This document shows, in pieces, positions 54,096 to 63,718 of a stretch of 64,000 bases of DNA. Each line of letters opens with the position of its first letter. Within the stretch, counting starts at the first letter, position 1. The position numbers were made by a program, and so were the translations under genes. The DNA lies in the NCBI GenBank assembly GCA_039630545.1, contig JBCNUU010000001.1, positions 192,001 to 256,000 on the forward strand. The letters run 5' to 3'. The notes under the pieces were generated by a model. It saw only the letters and a program-made list of their open reading frames with translations. It made no database searches and was not told the DNA's origin. The DNA comes from Endomicrobiia bacterium. Lineage in GTDB: Bacteria; Elusimicrobiota; Endomicrobiia; DTEH01.

Positions 54096-55253
54096 ATGAA
54101 GTTTTATAGACAGAATTGTTTTTATTTTAAAACAGATCAACCATGTAGTTTTCACAAGAAAAACATAAAAATTTTATGTGAAAATTGTGAATTTTATATC
54201 CCTGTTAATAAAAAGATACTTATTATAAAACTTGCTGCTTTAGGAGATGTATTAAGAACAACTTCTATTTTGAAACCATTAAATAAAAAATATAAAAACT
54301 CTAAGTTCTTCTGGATTACTTCAAATGAGGCAGTAGAGATCTTTCAAAATAACCCTTATATTAGTGAAGTTATACCCTACTGTGAAGTTTTCAATTACTT
54401 TGGTAAAGACTTTGATATTTTGATAAATCTAGATTTAGAACAGAAAGCCTTAGAGTTAACAAAAAAGTTTAATTTTAGGTTTAAATATGGATTTTATCTA
54501 AATCAAGATTGGGAAGTGGTTTGCTCAAATAAAGCTGCTCAGGAATGGTTTGATATAAGTCATAACGATTTACTTAAAAAACAAAACAGAAAAACATATC
54601 AAGAATATCTTATGGAAATTTTAGAATTTAAAAATTTAAAACCTTCTAACTATCCAATAATACTGAAACTTTCTAAAGATGAAAAAAAATTTGCATATGA
54701 ATTTTTAAAATCTAATGGTTGTAATCTTAAAGATACTTTTATTGGTATAAATCTAGGAAGTGGAGACAGGTGGAGAAAAAAAGAATATCCAATTAACAAA
54801 ACTGTTCAGTTAATAAAGTTGTTGATAGATTATTTTAATAATAAAAAAAACATAAAAATTTTACTTTTCGGAGGAAAAAAAGAATTCAATCGCAACTTGG
54901 AAATTATGAATTCTTTAAAAAATAACCGTTTCTATTGTGAAAAAGTATTAGATACTGGAACAAATAATACGCTCAGACAATTTTTTTCTCTTATTAATGT
55001 ATGTGATTTGTTAATTGCCTCTGATACTTTAGCTTTACATGTAGGGTTGGCTTTAAATAAAAAGGTAATAGCTTTATTTGGTCCTACATCCTTCAATGAA
55101 ATAGAAATGTATGGTTTGGGAGAAAAAGTAGTTACACCTAAAAAATGCAAAGTTTGTTATAGAAGAATTTGTAATAAGACTCCAGATTGTATGGAATTAA
55201 TTTCCGTTAAAGAAATTTTTAATAAAGTTTTAAAACTAATTAATAAAAAGTAA
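54096..55253 (+). CDS. glycosyltransferase family 9 with Cys-rich N- and C-termini
   Basis: IIKLAALGDVLRTT, SDTLALH, LFGPT, CKVC. Confidence 0.9.
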   Translation: MKFYRQNCFYFKTDQPCSFHKKNIKILCENCEFYIPVNKKILIIKLAALGDVLRTTSILKPLNKKYKNSKFFWITSNEAVEIFQNNPYISEVIPYCEVFNYFGKDFDILINLDLEQKALELTKKFNFRFKYGFYLNQDWEVVCSNKAAQEWFDISHNDLLKKQNRKTYQEYLMEILEFKNLKPSNYPIILKLSKDEKKFAYEFLKSNGCNLKDTFIGINLGSGDRWRKKEYPINKTVQLIKLLIDYFNNKKNIKILLFGGKKEFNRNLEIMNSLKNNRFYCEKVLDTGTNNTLRQFFSLINVCDLLIASDTLALHVGLALNKKVIALFGPTSFNEIEMYGLGEKVVTPKKCKVCYRRICNKTPDCMELISVKEIFNKVLKLINKK

Positions 55254-55257
55254 TCTT

Positions 55258-56589
55258 ATGTGTGGAATTTTTGGAGTTTATAACCACTCAGATGCTTCTG
55301 AATTAACTTATTTAGGGCTTTATTCATTACAACATCGTGGACAAGAATCAGCAGGAATTGTGTCTTGTGATGGAGAAAGATTTTTTTCTAAAATAGGTCA
55401 GGGAGAAGTTCAGGAAGTTTTTAATAGTGAAGATTTAAGGAAATTGAATGGTAGATTAGCTTTAGGTCATACTCGCTATTCTACATATGGTGCTTCTGAT
55501 ATTAAAAATGCTCAACCTATTAGTGTTAAATGTTCTAAAGGACTTTTAGCTTTAGTACATAATGGTAATTTGGTTAATGCTAAATATTTAAGAAACAAAT
55601 TAGAACTTATGGGTGCTATATTCCAAACTACAACTGATTCTGAAGTAATTCTTCATTTGATTTCTCATTCTAAAGAGAAAAACATAATAGAAGTACTTAA
55701 AAAAATCCTTCCTCAACTTAGGGGAGCTTATTCTTTGATCTTAATGACACCAAACTCCATGTATGCAATAAGAGATCCTTTTGGATTTCGTCCTTTAGTA
55801 ATTGGCAAAGTTAAAAGTGGATTTATTTTCTGTTCAGAAACCTGTGCTCTTGATATAGTTTCTGCTGAATTTATTAGAGAGGTTGAACCTGGCGAGATAG
55901 TTGAAGCTAAAGATGGAAAATTAAAAAGTTATAGGTTTAGTTCTATATCTAAAAAGAGTTTATGTATATTTGAATACATTTATTTTTCAAGACCTGATAG
56001 TATTTTAGAAGGGAAAACCGTCCATAACGTAAGAGTAAAACTTGGAAAAACTCTATATAGAGAATTTCCTACAGTTTCCGATATAGTGATTGCTGTTCCG
56101 GACTCAGCTAATTCAGCAGCACTTGGTTATTCTCAAGAAAGCGGTATTCCTTTTGAGTTTGGTTTTATAAGAAATCACTATATAGGTAGAACATTTATTC
56201 AACCTCGTCAAAAGATAAGAGATTTTTCTGTCAAAATAAAATACAATACAATAAAAGAAGTACTGTGGAAAAAAAGAGTAGTAGTTGTAGATGATTCAAT
56301 AGTTCGTGGGACAACCTCTAAAAAATTAATAAAAATGCTTAAAAATTCAGGAGCAAAAGAAATACATTTAAGAATTACCTGCCCACCTATTGTTTCTCCG
56401 TGTATATATGGTATAGACACACCTACTAAAAAGGAACTCATTGCGGCTAATTATTCCGTAGAAGATATCAAAAAATTCTTGGAGGTAGATACACTTTATT
56501 ATATTTCCTGTGAAGGTATGGTTAATTCCACTGGTAGTCCGAGAAGTAATTTTTGTTTGGCTTGCTTTACAGGAGATTATCCTGTATAG
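55258..56589 (+). CDS. purF: amidophosphoribosyltransferase
   Basis: MCG, LQHRGQESAG, GHTRYST, HNGN, CIFEYIYF, VVVDDSIVRGTT, CLACF. Confidence 0.98.
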   Translation: MCGIFGVYNHSDASELTYLGLYSLQHRGQESAGIVSCDGERFFSKIGQGEVQEVFNSEDLRKLNGRLALGHTRYSTYGASDIKNAQPISVKCSKGLLALVHNGNLVNAKYLRNKLELMGAIFQTTTDSEVILHLISHSKEKNIIEVLKKILPQLRGAYSLILMTPNSMYAIRDPFGFRPLVIGKVKSGFIFCSETCALDIVSAEFIREVEPGEIVEAKDGKLKSYRFSSISKKSLCIFEYIYFSRPDSILEGKTVHNVRVKLGKTLYREFPTVSDIVIAVPDSANSAALGYSQESGIPFEFGFIRNHYIGRTFIQPRQKIRDFSVKIKYNTIKEVLWKKRVVVVDDSIVRGTTSKKLIKMLKNSGAKEIHLRITCPPIVSPCIYGIDTPTKKELIAANYSVEDIKKFLEVDTLYYISCEGMVNSTGSPRSNFCLACFTGDYPV

Positions 56590-56653
56590 TTTTAACTTGA
56601 TTATTTAATAATTTTTTTATATTCAACAATGTTATGGTAAATAATAAAGAGAT

Positions 56654-58444
56654 ATGATTAAAAAAAGTTTACAACAAATTCTTGTGGAATATTTTGGTTT
56701 TACTCCTCAAGAAGTAGATGTGCTTAATAAAGAAGCTGAAAAAAATAAAATAATGCTTATCCAGTATATAGTCAACACTAAAAAAGTAGATAAACATAAG
56801 TTACTTAAGGTATTATCTTCTGAGTGGGAAACTAGAGTTGTTGACCTTTCAGACATAGAAGTAGATACCGATCTTGCAAAAATTATTTCAGTTGAGACAT
56901 GCAAACGTTACAAGTTAGTTCCTTTTAGTAAAGATGAAAATATTTTATGTGTAGCCATGGTTGATCCTAGAGATCTTTTCGCTATAGAAGATATAGAATT
57001 TAGAACAGGACTTAAAGTTCTTCCATATTTTGCACTTCCTGACGATGTAAAAGAAAAAATAGAACAGTTATATGGCAGCTATGATCTAGTTTATGAAGAT
57101 TCAATACAAGAACAACGGGTTTATATCCCTAATGAAAATATTTTAGAAGATGCTCAGGAATTGACACAGGAACTACTTGCAAGCTTAGATGTTTCAGAAG
57201 AAATTTCTATAGAACACCAGAAAGAAGAAGTAACAGATATTATGCAAGTAGATGCATCAGCACCTGAGGTTGAGAAACTTGTAAATGCTATAATTCTTGA
57301 AGCAGTAAGATTAAAAGCATCTGATATTCATATTGAACCTTTTGAAAAAAAAATTATTGTAAGGTATAGAGTGGATGGACTTTTAAGAAAAGCATCTTTT
57401 AAAATACCTATGGTATTTAAAAATGCTCTTATATCTAAAATAAAAATAATGTGTGGAATGAATATTGTTGAACGCAGAATCCCACAGGATGGTAGATTGC
57501 AAGTAAAAGCAAAAGGGTTACCCTTAGAGTTTAGAGTGAATGTAGTACCCACTGTTTATGGTGAGAGTGTTGTAATGCGAATGCTGGATAGATCTGGTGC
57601 TTTATTACCTTTGGAGGCTTTAGGTTTTTTACCGGATACTTTAGAAAAATTTATAGAGTTACTTAATCGTCCATATGGACTTATTTTAGTATGTGGTCCT
57701 ACAGGTTCTGGTAAGTCTTTCACATTGACTGCTGCATTACAAAAAGTAAAAGACCCTGCTGAGAAAATTCTTACTGCAGAAAACCCAGTTGAGTATGAGT
57801 TAGATGGAGTTGTACAGGTTCCTATAAATCCGGATCTAAAAATGGGTGATAAAAAATTTGATTTTGCTATGGCTTTAAGAGCTTTTTTACGACAGGATCC
57901 GGATATAATAATGGTTGGAGAAATAAGAGATCAGGAAACGGCACAGGTAGCAATGGAAGCTGCGTTGACTGGCCATCTGGTGCTTTCTACAATTCACACA
58001 AACGATGCACCTTCTGCAGTTGCAAGGTTGTATGAGATGGGAGTGCCTACATATCTTATTGCCAATACCTTAGAAGGTGTTCTTGCTCAGAGGTTGATAA
58101 GGACATTATGTAGTGAATGTAAACAACCAGATCTTACGGCACCTCAAGGAGATTTGTTGAATATGCTTAAAGAATATAATATAGATTTTATATCAGCAAA
58201 TTTTATGAAACCGGTAGGTTGTAAAAAATGCAACAATATAGGAATGAAAGGAAGAACAGCAATTCACGAGCTTCTTGTAATGGATGAGGAATTAAGAGAT
58301 TTATGTTTAAAAGAAGTTTCTGCTAAAAAAATAAGAGAAGTTGCAATAAAAAATGGTATGAGGACTTTATTGGTTGATGGATTAATAAAAGTTACTAAAG
58401 GAATTACTACTTACTCTGAAATTTTGGCAGTATGTCAAAGATAA
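56654..58444 (+). CDS. PilB/GspE-family type IV pilus/T2SS assembly ATPase
   Basis: ASDIHIEP, RYRVDG, PQDGR, GPTGSGKS, LRQDPDIIMVGEIRD, TGHLVLSTIHTN, Cys4 motif. Confidence 0.94.
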   Translation: MIKKSLQQILVEYFGFTPQEVDVLNKEAEKNKIMLIQYIVNTKKVDKHKLLKVLSSEWETRVVDLSDIEVDTDLAKIISVETCKRYKLVPFSKDENILCVAMVDPRDLFAIEDIEFRTGLKVLPYFALPDDVKEKIEQLYGSYDLVYEDSIQEQRVYIPNENILEDAQELTQELLASLDVSEEISIEHQKEEVTDIMQVDASAPEVEKLVNAIILEAVRLKASDIHIEPFEKKIIVRYRVDGLLRKASFKIPMVFKNALISKIKIMCGMNIVERRIPQDGRLQVKAKGLPLEFRVNVVPTVYGESVVMRMLDRSGALLPLEALGFLPDTLEKFIELLNRPYGLILVCGPTGSGKSFTLTAALQKVKDPAEKILTAENPVEYELDGVVQVPINPDLKMGDKKFDFAMALRAFLRQDPDIIMVGEIRDQETAQVAMEAALTGHLVLSTIHTNDAPSAVARLYEMGVPTYLIANTLEGVLAQRLIRTLCSECKQPDLTAPQGDLLNMLKEYNIDFISANFMKPVGCKKCNNIGMKGRTAIHELLVMDEELRDLCLKEVSAKKIREVAIKNGMRTLLVDGLIKVTKGITTYSEILAVCQR

Positions 58445-58472
58445 TTCATTCAATAAGTATCGTAAGATTTTT

Positions 58473-59552
58473 ATGAGCAAATCAAAAGAATTTGAAGAAA
58501 TTTTTGAAATAGTACGGGATCTTACTTCAACTTTAGATGTAGATACTTTGCTTAAAAGAATATCAGAAGCAGCTGAAAAACTTACAAATTCTACTGCCAG
58601 TTCTATTATGTTGGTGGATGATGACAAACAACATCTTTATTTTAAAACAGCAGGTGGTGAGAAAGGTTCTATAGTTAAAAAAATAAAAATTAAAATTGGT
58701 GAAGGTATAGCAGGTAGTGTAGCACTTAATAAAAAATCAGAAATAATAAATGATGTTTCAAAAGACACAAGATTTCTGGCCACAATAGACCAGCAAAGTG
58801 GATTTAAAACTAAATCAATTTTAGCTGTGCCTATATTATACTCAATCAATAATCGAACAGAAGTAATAGGTGTTCTGGAAGTGTTAAATAAAAAAGATGC
58901 AGGAGGATTTGGAGAGGAAGATAAAAAAATGTTAGAAAATTTAGCAAGTTTAGCATCTATCGCTATAATGAATGCCAAAATTTGGGAGGATCAAAGGAAT
59001 TTTTTTAACTTCGCAACAGAATTTATAATCTCAGCTATAGAGACGATCAGGTCAAAACAAAAAGGATTTTACTGGAAAATAGCACAAACTGCTACAAAAA
59101 TAGCTAAAAAATTAGGATTGGAACCAAGTATGGAAGAATATAAAAATATATATTTTGGAAGCTTATTGCATGATATTGGATATTTATCTTCTAAATTTAA
59201 GTCAGATAATGGTATAGAAAAAGTGAATTTAGAAAAACTGCATGTTATTATAGGTGCAGAGATGGTAAGTAACATAAGTTTGTTTAAAGGATTACTACCA
59301 ACAATAAAATTTCACCATGAAAATTATGATGGTACGGGGTACCCAGAAGGGCTTTCTGGAGATAAGATTCCTCTATCAGCAAGAGTTATATCTTTAGCAG
59401 AGTACATTGAAGAATTAAAAATAAATTTTTTAGATAAAAACCAAATTATCAGTTTGTTAAAACAAAACAGTAACATTAAGTTTGACCCTTCACTAGTTGA
59501 GATAGCAATAAATATATTATCTGAAGAATCTGAAAATTTAATGGGGGTGTAG
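58473..59552 (+). CDS. GAF + HD-GYP domain protein (degenerate)
   Basis: GAF (GEGIAG, IINDV..D.RF, SILAVPI, VLEVLNK) plus LLHDIG, HHENYDGTGYP, FDP. Confidence 0.9.
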   Translation: MSKSKEFEEIFEIVRDLTSTLDVDTLLKRISEAAEKLTNSTASSIMLVDDDKQHLYFKTAGGEKGSIVKKIKIKIGEGIAGSVALNKKSEIINDVSKDTRFLATIDQQSGFKTKSILAVPILYSINNRTEVIGVLEVLNKKDAGGFGEEDKKMLENLASLASIAIMNAKIWEDQRNFFNFATEFIISAIETIRSKQKGFYWKIAQTATKIAKKLGLEPSMEEYKNIYFGSLLHDIGYLSSKFKSDNGIEKVNLEKLHVIIGAEMVSNISLFKGLLPTIKFHHENYDGTGYPEGLSGDKIPLSARVISLAEYIEELKINFLDKNQIISLLKQNSNIKFDPSLVEIAINILSEESENLMGV

Positions 59553-59616
59553 TTCAGTTTGGGAGAACATCCGGCTCGCATCCGGAAGGTCGGGGGTTCA
59601 AATCCCCTCGCCTCCA
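59543..59616 (+). tRNA. tRNA-Ala (anticodon CGC)
   Basis: Cloverleaf folded by hand: acceptor GGGGGTG/CGCCTCC with G3:U70, D arm GTTC/GAAC, anticodon arm TCCGG-CTCGCAT-CCGGA, T loop TTCAAAT, discriminator A. CCA not encoded. Confidence 0.95.
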
Positions 59617-59628
59617 AGACTTGTTTTT

Positions 59629-60810
59629 ATGAAAAAATTAAAATTTGATGTTTTTTTTTTAAAAACATATAAAAGATACAATGTTATTTTTGTAAAAGGC
59701 AAAAATCAATATCTTTATGATAATAAAAATAAAAAATATTTAGATTTTTTTTGTGGCTTAAGTGTAACAAATCTTGGACATAGTAATGATATTCTTTACA
59801 AAATTCTTAAAAAACAGGGTTCTTGTCTTTGGCATTGTTCAAACTTGTATTATAGTTATCCTCAAATAGAATTAGCTAAAAAACTTATAAGTATTACTTT
59901 TCCTTCTAAAGTATTTTTTTCTAACTCCGGAGCTGAAGCAAATGAGTGCGCAATAAAGTTAGCAAGAAAATACGGAAGTACATCAAATAGATATGAAATA
60001 ATTACATTTAAAAATTCATTCCATGGAAGAACACTTGCTACCTTATCAGCTACGGGTCAGAAAAAATTTCAAAAAGGGTTTTATCCTTTAGTTGAAGGAT
60101 TTAGATATGCTGAGTTTAACAACATCCATTCTGTAAAAAACCTAATAAACAAAAAAACAATAGCTATTATGATAGAACCGATTCAGGGAGAAGGTGGGAT
60201 AAATGTAGCTGATAGAGTTTTTTTGGTTCAGCTTAGAAAAATATGTGATGAAAACAAATTGCTTCTTATTTTTGATGAAGTGCAAACAGGGTTAGGAAGA
60301 ACAGGAGAGTTTTTTGCTTATCAGTATTATAATGTAAAACCAGACATTCTTACATTAGCTAAAGGTATAGCTAACGGTTTACCGCTGGGAGTAACTCTGG
60401 TGGACAAAAATTATTCAGATGTTTTTGATTATGGTGATCATGGTTCTACTTTTGGAGGTAACTTAATAAGCTGTGCTGTAGCATGTGAAGTTCTTAGGCT
60501 TATTGATGAAAACTTATTAAAAAATGTAAAAGATAATGGAAAGTATTTTTTAAATAAATTACATGAATTAAAGCTAAAGTATAAGTTTATAAAATCAGTA
60601 AGAGGTGTTGGATTTATGTTAGGTATGGAATTAGATTTTCCCGCAAGAGAAGTGGTTGAGGATTGTTTGAAAAATGGTTTGGTTTTAAATGTCACTCAAG
60701 AAAAAGTAATAAGGTTTTTGCCTCCTTTAATTATAGGCAAGTCAGATATAGATAAAGCAATTAATATTTTAGATAAGGTTCTTTCTAAATATGAACAAAA
60801 AAGAACTTAA
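59629..60810 (+). CDS. argD: acetylornithine aminotransferase (class III)
   Basis: FSNSGAEANE, SFHGRT, EPIQGEGG, DEVQTGLGRTG, TLAKG, HGSTFGGN, RFLPPL. Confidence 0.9.
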   Translation: MKKLKFDVFFLKTYKRYNVIFVKGKNQYLYDNKNKKYLDFFCGLSVTNLGHSNDILYKILKKQGSCLWHCSNLYYSYPQIELAKKLISITFPSKVFFSNSGAEANECAIKLARKYGSTSNRYEIITFKNSFHGRTLATLSATGQKKFQKGFYPLVEGFRYAEFNNIHSVKNLINKKTIAIMIEPIQGEGGINVADRVFLVQLRKICDENKLLLIFDEVQTGLGRTGEFFAYQYYNVKPDILTLAKGIANGLPLGVTLVDKNYSDVFDYGDHGSTFGGNLISCAVACEVLRLIDENLLKNVKDNGKYFLNKLHELKLKYKFIKSVRGVGFMLGMELDFPAREVVEDCLKNGLVLNVTQEKVIRFLPPLIIGKSDIDKAINILDKVLSKYEQKRT

Positions 60811-61435
60811 AGAAATAAATGTTTTTGTCGTTAATGAGTTTGCTACAAATTGTTATATTTATAAAGATCCTTTTTCTGAAAATTCAATAATAATAGATCC
60901 TGGTGGCGATGCTAAAAGATTAATAGATTTTATTCAAATTAATAAATTAAAACTGAACTATATCATTCTTACTCATGCTCATTATGATCATATTGCAGCT
61001 CTTTCAGAAATAGCCAAAGCTTTTCAAGTAGAAACTGTTATTCATCAAGATGAATATTCTATTTTAACAGATAATGCTTTGAATCTTTCTTTATTTTTAG
61101 GGAAAAATACTTTAGATAATCTTGACTTGATTAAATATTTAAAAGTTAAAGATTTAGAGTTAATCTATTGTGGAAATCAAAAAATATTTGTTTTACATAC
61201 ACCAGGACATACTAAAGGGAGTATTTGTCTTTATATAAAAGATAAATATCTATTTACTGGCGACACTTTATTTTGTGGTTCAGTGGGAAGAACAGATTTT
61301 CCAACGGGTGATATTGATGCATTGGAGGATTCTTTAAAAAGAATTTTTTCTTTACCTCATAATATCAGATTTTTTCCAGGCCATAACAATGATTGTGTAT
61401 TGAAAGAAGAAATAAATCATAATCCTTTTTTATAA
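60791..61435 (+). CDS. MBL-fold metallo-hydrolase (glyoxalase II-like)
   Basis: TNCY, IDPG, THAHYDH, HTPGHT, FTGDTLF, GRTD, PGH. Confidence 0.92.
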   Translation: MNKKELKEINVFVVNEFATNCYIYKDPFSENSIIIDPGGDAKRLIDFIQINKLKLNYIILTHAHYDHIAALSEIAKAFQVETVIHQDEYSILTDNALNLSLFLGKNTLDNLDLIKYLKVKDLELIYCGNQKIFVLHTPGHTKGSICLYIKDKYLFTGDTLFCGSVGRTDFPTGDIDALEDSLKRIFSLPHNIRFFPGHNNDCVLKEEINHNPFL

Positions 61436-61445
61436 AGGAGTTTTT

Positions 61446-62123
61446 ATGAAAATCAAACTACCAATAAACCTATTTAAAAAAATAAGCAAATTAAAAGTTG
61501 ATAAAGGCAGTTTACCACAAAAGGATTCTTCTTTGTCTCCACCGATTTCAGAAAAAATATTAGCAGAAATAAGTAAAAAAAGTGTAGATGCTTTAATAAA
61601 GTCACTTTCTGATAAAGATCCGTTTGTAAGAGCTATAAGTTGTGAAGTGTTAGGCAAAATGAGAGAAAAAAAAGCATTAAAGCAAATTATGTTGTTAATG
61701 AAAGATTCTTCTAAATATGTTCGTGAAAAAGCAGCTATAGCTTTAGGGCAAATAGGTGACAGAAAAGCAGTACCTGTATTAGTAGAAGCTATGAATGACG
61801 AATCGGAAGAGGTGAGAGTTACTGTAGCTGGAGTTTTAGGTCATTTAAGAGACAAAATAGCAGTTCCTGTTTTAATAAAAGCATTAGAAGATCCTTCTGC
61901 TACTGCGAGAATGAAAGCAGCAATTTCTTTAGGTTTAATAAGAGATCCACGAGCGATACCTGCTTTGTTTAAAACATTAAAAGACCCTCACGAGTTAGTA
62001 AGAAGATACGCTTGTGAAGCTTTAGGTAACATAGGAAGACCAGCAATTCCAGCACTTCTTTTAGCTTTGAAAGATGAAAATGTAAGAGCACATGCAGCAC
62101 AGGTTTTAGTAAAAATAAAATAA
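61446..62123 (+). CDS. HEAT (PBS-lyase-like) repeat protein
   Basis: About five to six 31-aa repeats of the form L.D....VR..A..ALG.I.D..AVP.L. AAGGAG SD. Confidence 0.92.
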   Translation: MKIKLPINLFKKISKLKVDKGSLPQKDSSLSPPISEKILAEISKKSVDALIKSLSDKDPFVRAISCEVLGKMREKKALKQIMLLMKDSSKYVREKAAIALGQIGDRKAVPVLVEAMNDESEEVRVTVAGVLGHLRDKIAVPVLIKALEDPSATARMKAAISLGLIRDPRAIPALFKTLKDPHELVRRYACEALGNIGRPAIPALLLALKDENVRAHAAQVLVKIK

Positions 62124-62126
62124 CTA

Positions 62127-63698
62127 ATGAATAAAAAAGTAAGAATTGTAGTGGTGGGATTAAATTTATTTTCTTTTAATATTTTTTCTTCGCTTATAAC
62201 AGAAGGTATTAGGTCTTTATCTTCTGGAAGTGTATATACTGCTTCAAATGGAGAAGCAAGTAGTTTATTTAATAACCCTGCAGGGCTTTATGGTGACAGG
62301 TTTATAGATATTAAATTAGAAATATTAGGTAATCTGAATTTTACGGGAAACATTTTATTAAACATAGCTAACATAATAAATAATTTTGAAAAATTTAACA
62401 AAATTCAACAATCTCAACATCAAGGTCAAAACATAGATATTGTTCAGATAGCGTGTTTGTTTGATGCTATAAAAAATTTAATAGAAATTGATAAGCCAGG
62501 AAAAGGCGTTATGTTAGGAGGTAGCGGAGGTTTATTAGTTAAGGTTAAAGATTTTGGTTTAAGTATAAGAAACATTACAGAAATAGGACTTAAACCACAT
62601 GTTGATACTAACTTTTATTTAGGACCGACAAGTAGTCCATCTTTTAGTCCTTCTTTAGCAAATTTTTCAGTATTAAAATTTGTGGATGATAATGCAAATT
62701 CAAGTGGAGTTAAATTAACCACAGCTACATTAAAATATGAGAATTTATATTCTACAAGAGATGATTTAGTAAAAAATGTTTTACCTTGGTTAATAGATGA
62801 ATTAGAGAAGATGAATATAGAAATACCTCAAGAAATTAAAGATAACTTAGAGGGGATAGCTAATGCTTTAATTAATTCAGCAATAGATAATGGTGCTTCA
62901 CCAGAAGATGTAAACACTGCAGTTAATCAACTTAAAGATCCATATTTGCAAAGTTTAATTTCCAACATTCTTCACAAATCTACTACACAAACTACATTAC
63001 AGGAAAATGAAAGTGGGCTTATATTAAAAGGAATAAACTATACTGAGTTATCTTTAGGATATTCTTATTCCATATTCAATGAACTTCAGATAGGTGTAGG
63101 GATAAAATATTTTGCTGGAAAAACCTTTTATTATAACTTTAAAGTTTTTAAAGAGAAAAAGCAAATTGACTTTACAGATATTTCAAGTTTAGAAGAAAAA
63201 CTAATTATGGACTCTAGGGCAATAGGTTTAGATTTTGGTGCTGTATATAAATTGCCTCTACCTATAATAGAAACTAAAGTAGGTTTAGTAATTAAAAATT
63301 TAATAGAACCTTACTTTAATCTTCATAAAACCAATGAAAAATTAAAGTTTTCCAGACAACTTAAATTAGGTGTGCTAGGAAATTTTAAAATTTTAAAATT
63401 TGGTTTTGATCTGGATCTTAATCCCGCTGAAACTTTTATAAAGGGTTATAACATCCAAAATTTTTCGTTAGGTGTAGAGATAAAACCACCAATACTTCCT
63501 TCTTTAAGATTAGGTTATATTAGAAACCTGGCATTTTCTAATGATCAAATTTTTACAGCTGGTTTAGGATTTAAATTTTTTGTGATAAATTTTGATTTGT
63601 TTGGAGCATTTAGTCCTGAGAGTGTCAAAATAAACAGAGATTTTACCTTACCAGTAAATAACCTGTTTTTAGGTTTAAACTTAGGTGTAGAATTTTAG
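62127..63698 (+). CDS. TraF_2/FadL-like outer-membrane beta-barrel protein
   Basis: Signal peptide, N-terminal GIRSLSSG...[22 protein letters not shown]-terminal LGLNLGVEF. Confidence 0.65.
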   Translation: MNKKVRIVVVGLNLFSFNIFSSLITEGIRSLSSGSVYTASNGEASSLFNNPAGLYGDRFIDIKLEILGNLNFTGNILLNIANIINNFEKFNKIQQSQHQGQNIDIVQIACLFDAIKNLIEIDKPGKGVMLGGSGGLLVKVKDFGLSIRNITEIGLKPHVDTNFYLGPTSSPSFSPSLANFSVLKFVDDNANSSGVKLTTATLKYENLYSTRDDLVKNVLPWLIDELEKMNIEIPQEIKDNLEGIANALINSAIDNGASPEDVNTAVNQLKDPYLQSLISNILHKSTTQTTLQENESGLILKGINYTELSLGYSYSIFNELQIGVGIKYFAGKTFYYNFKVFKEKKQIDFTDISSLEEKLIMDSRAIGLDFGAVYKLPLPIIETKVGLVIKNLIEPYFNLHKTNEKLKFSRQLKLGVLGNFKILKFGFDLDLNPAETFIKGYNIQNFSLGVEIKPPILPSLRLGYIRNLAFSNDQIFTAGLGFKFFVINFDLFGAFSPESVKINRDFTLPVNNLFLGLNLGVEF

Positions 63699-63718
63699 TT
63701 TTTTTCAAAACTTTATAT

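Noticed and set aside
59324..59617. 97-aa minus-strand ORF starting MEARGFEPPT
   Set aside because: Typical translation of a tRNA antisense strand, and it overlaps the HD-GYP gene.
59543..63698. Integrative or conjugative element at the tRNA, suggested by the TraF-like gene
   Set aside because: No integrase, relaxase, T4SS genes or duplicated tRNA 3' end was seen, and the flanking genes are housekeeping.
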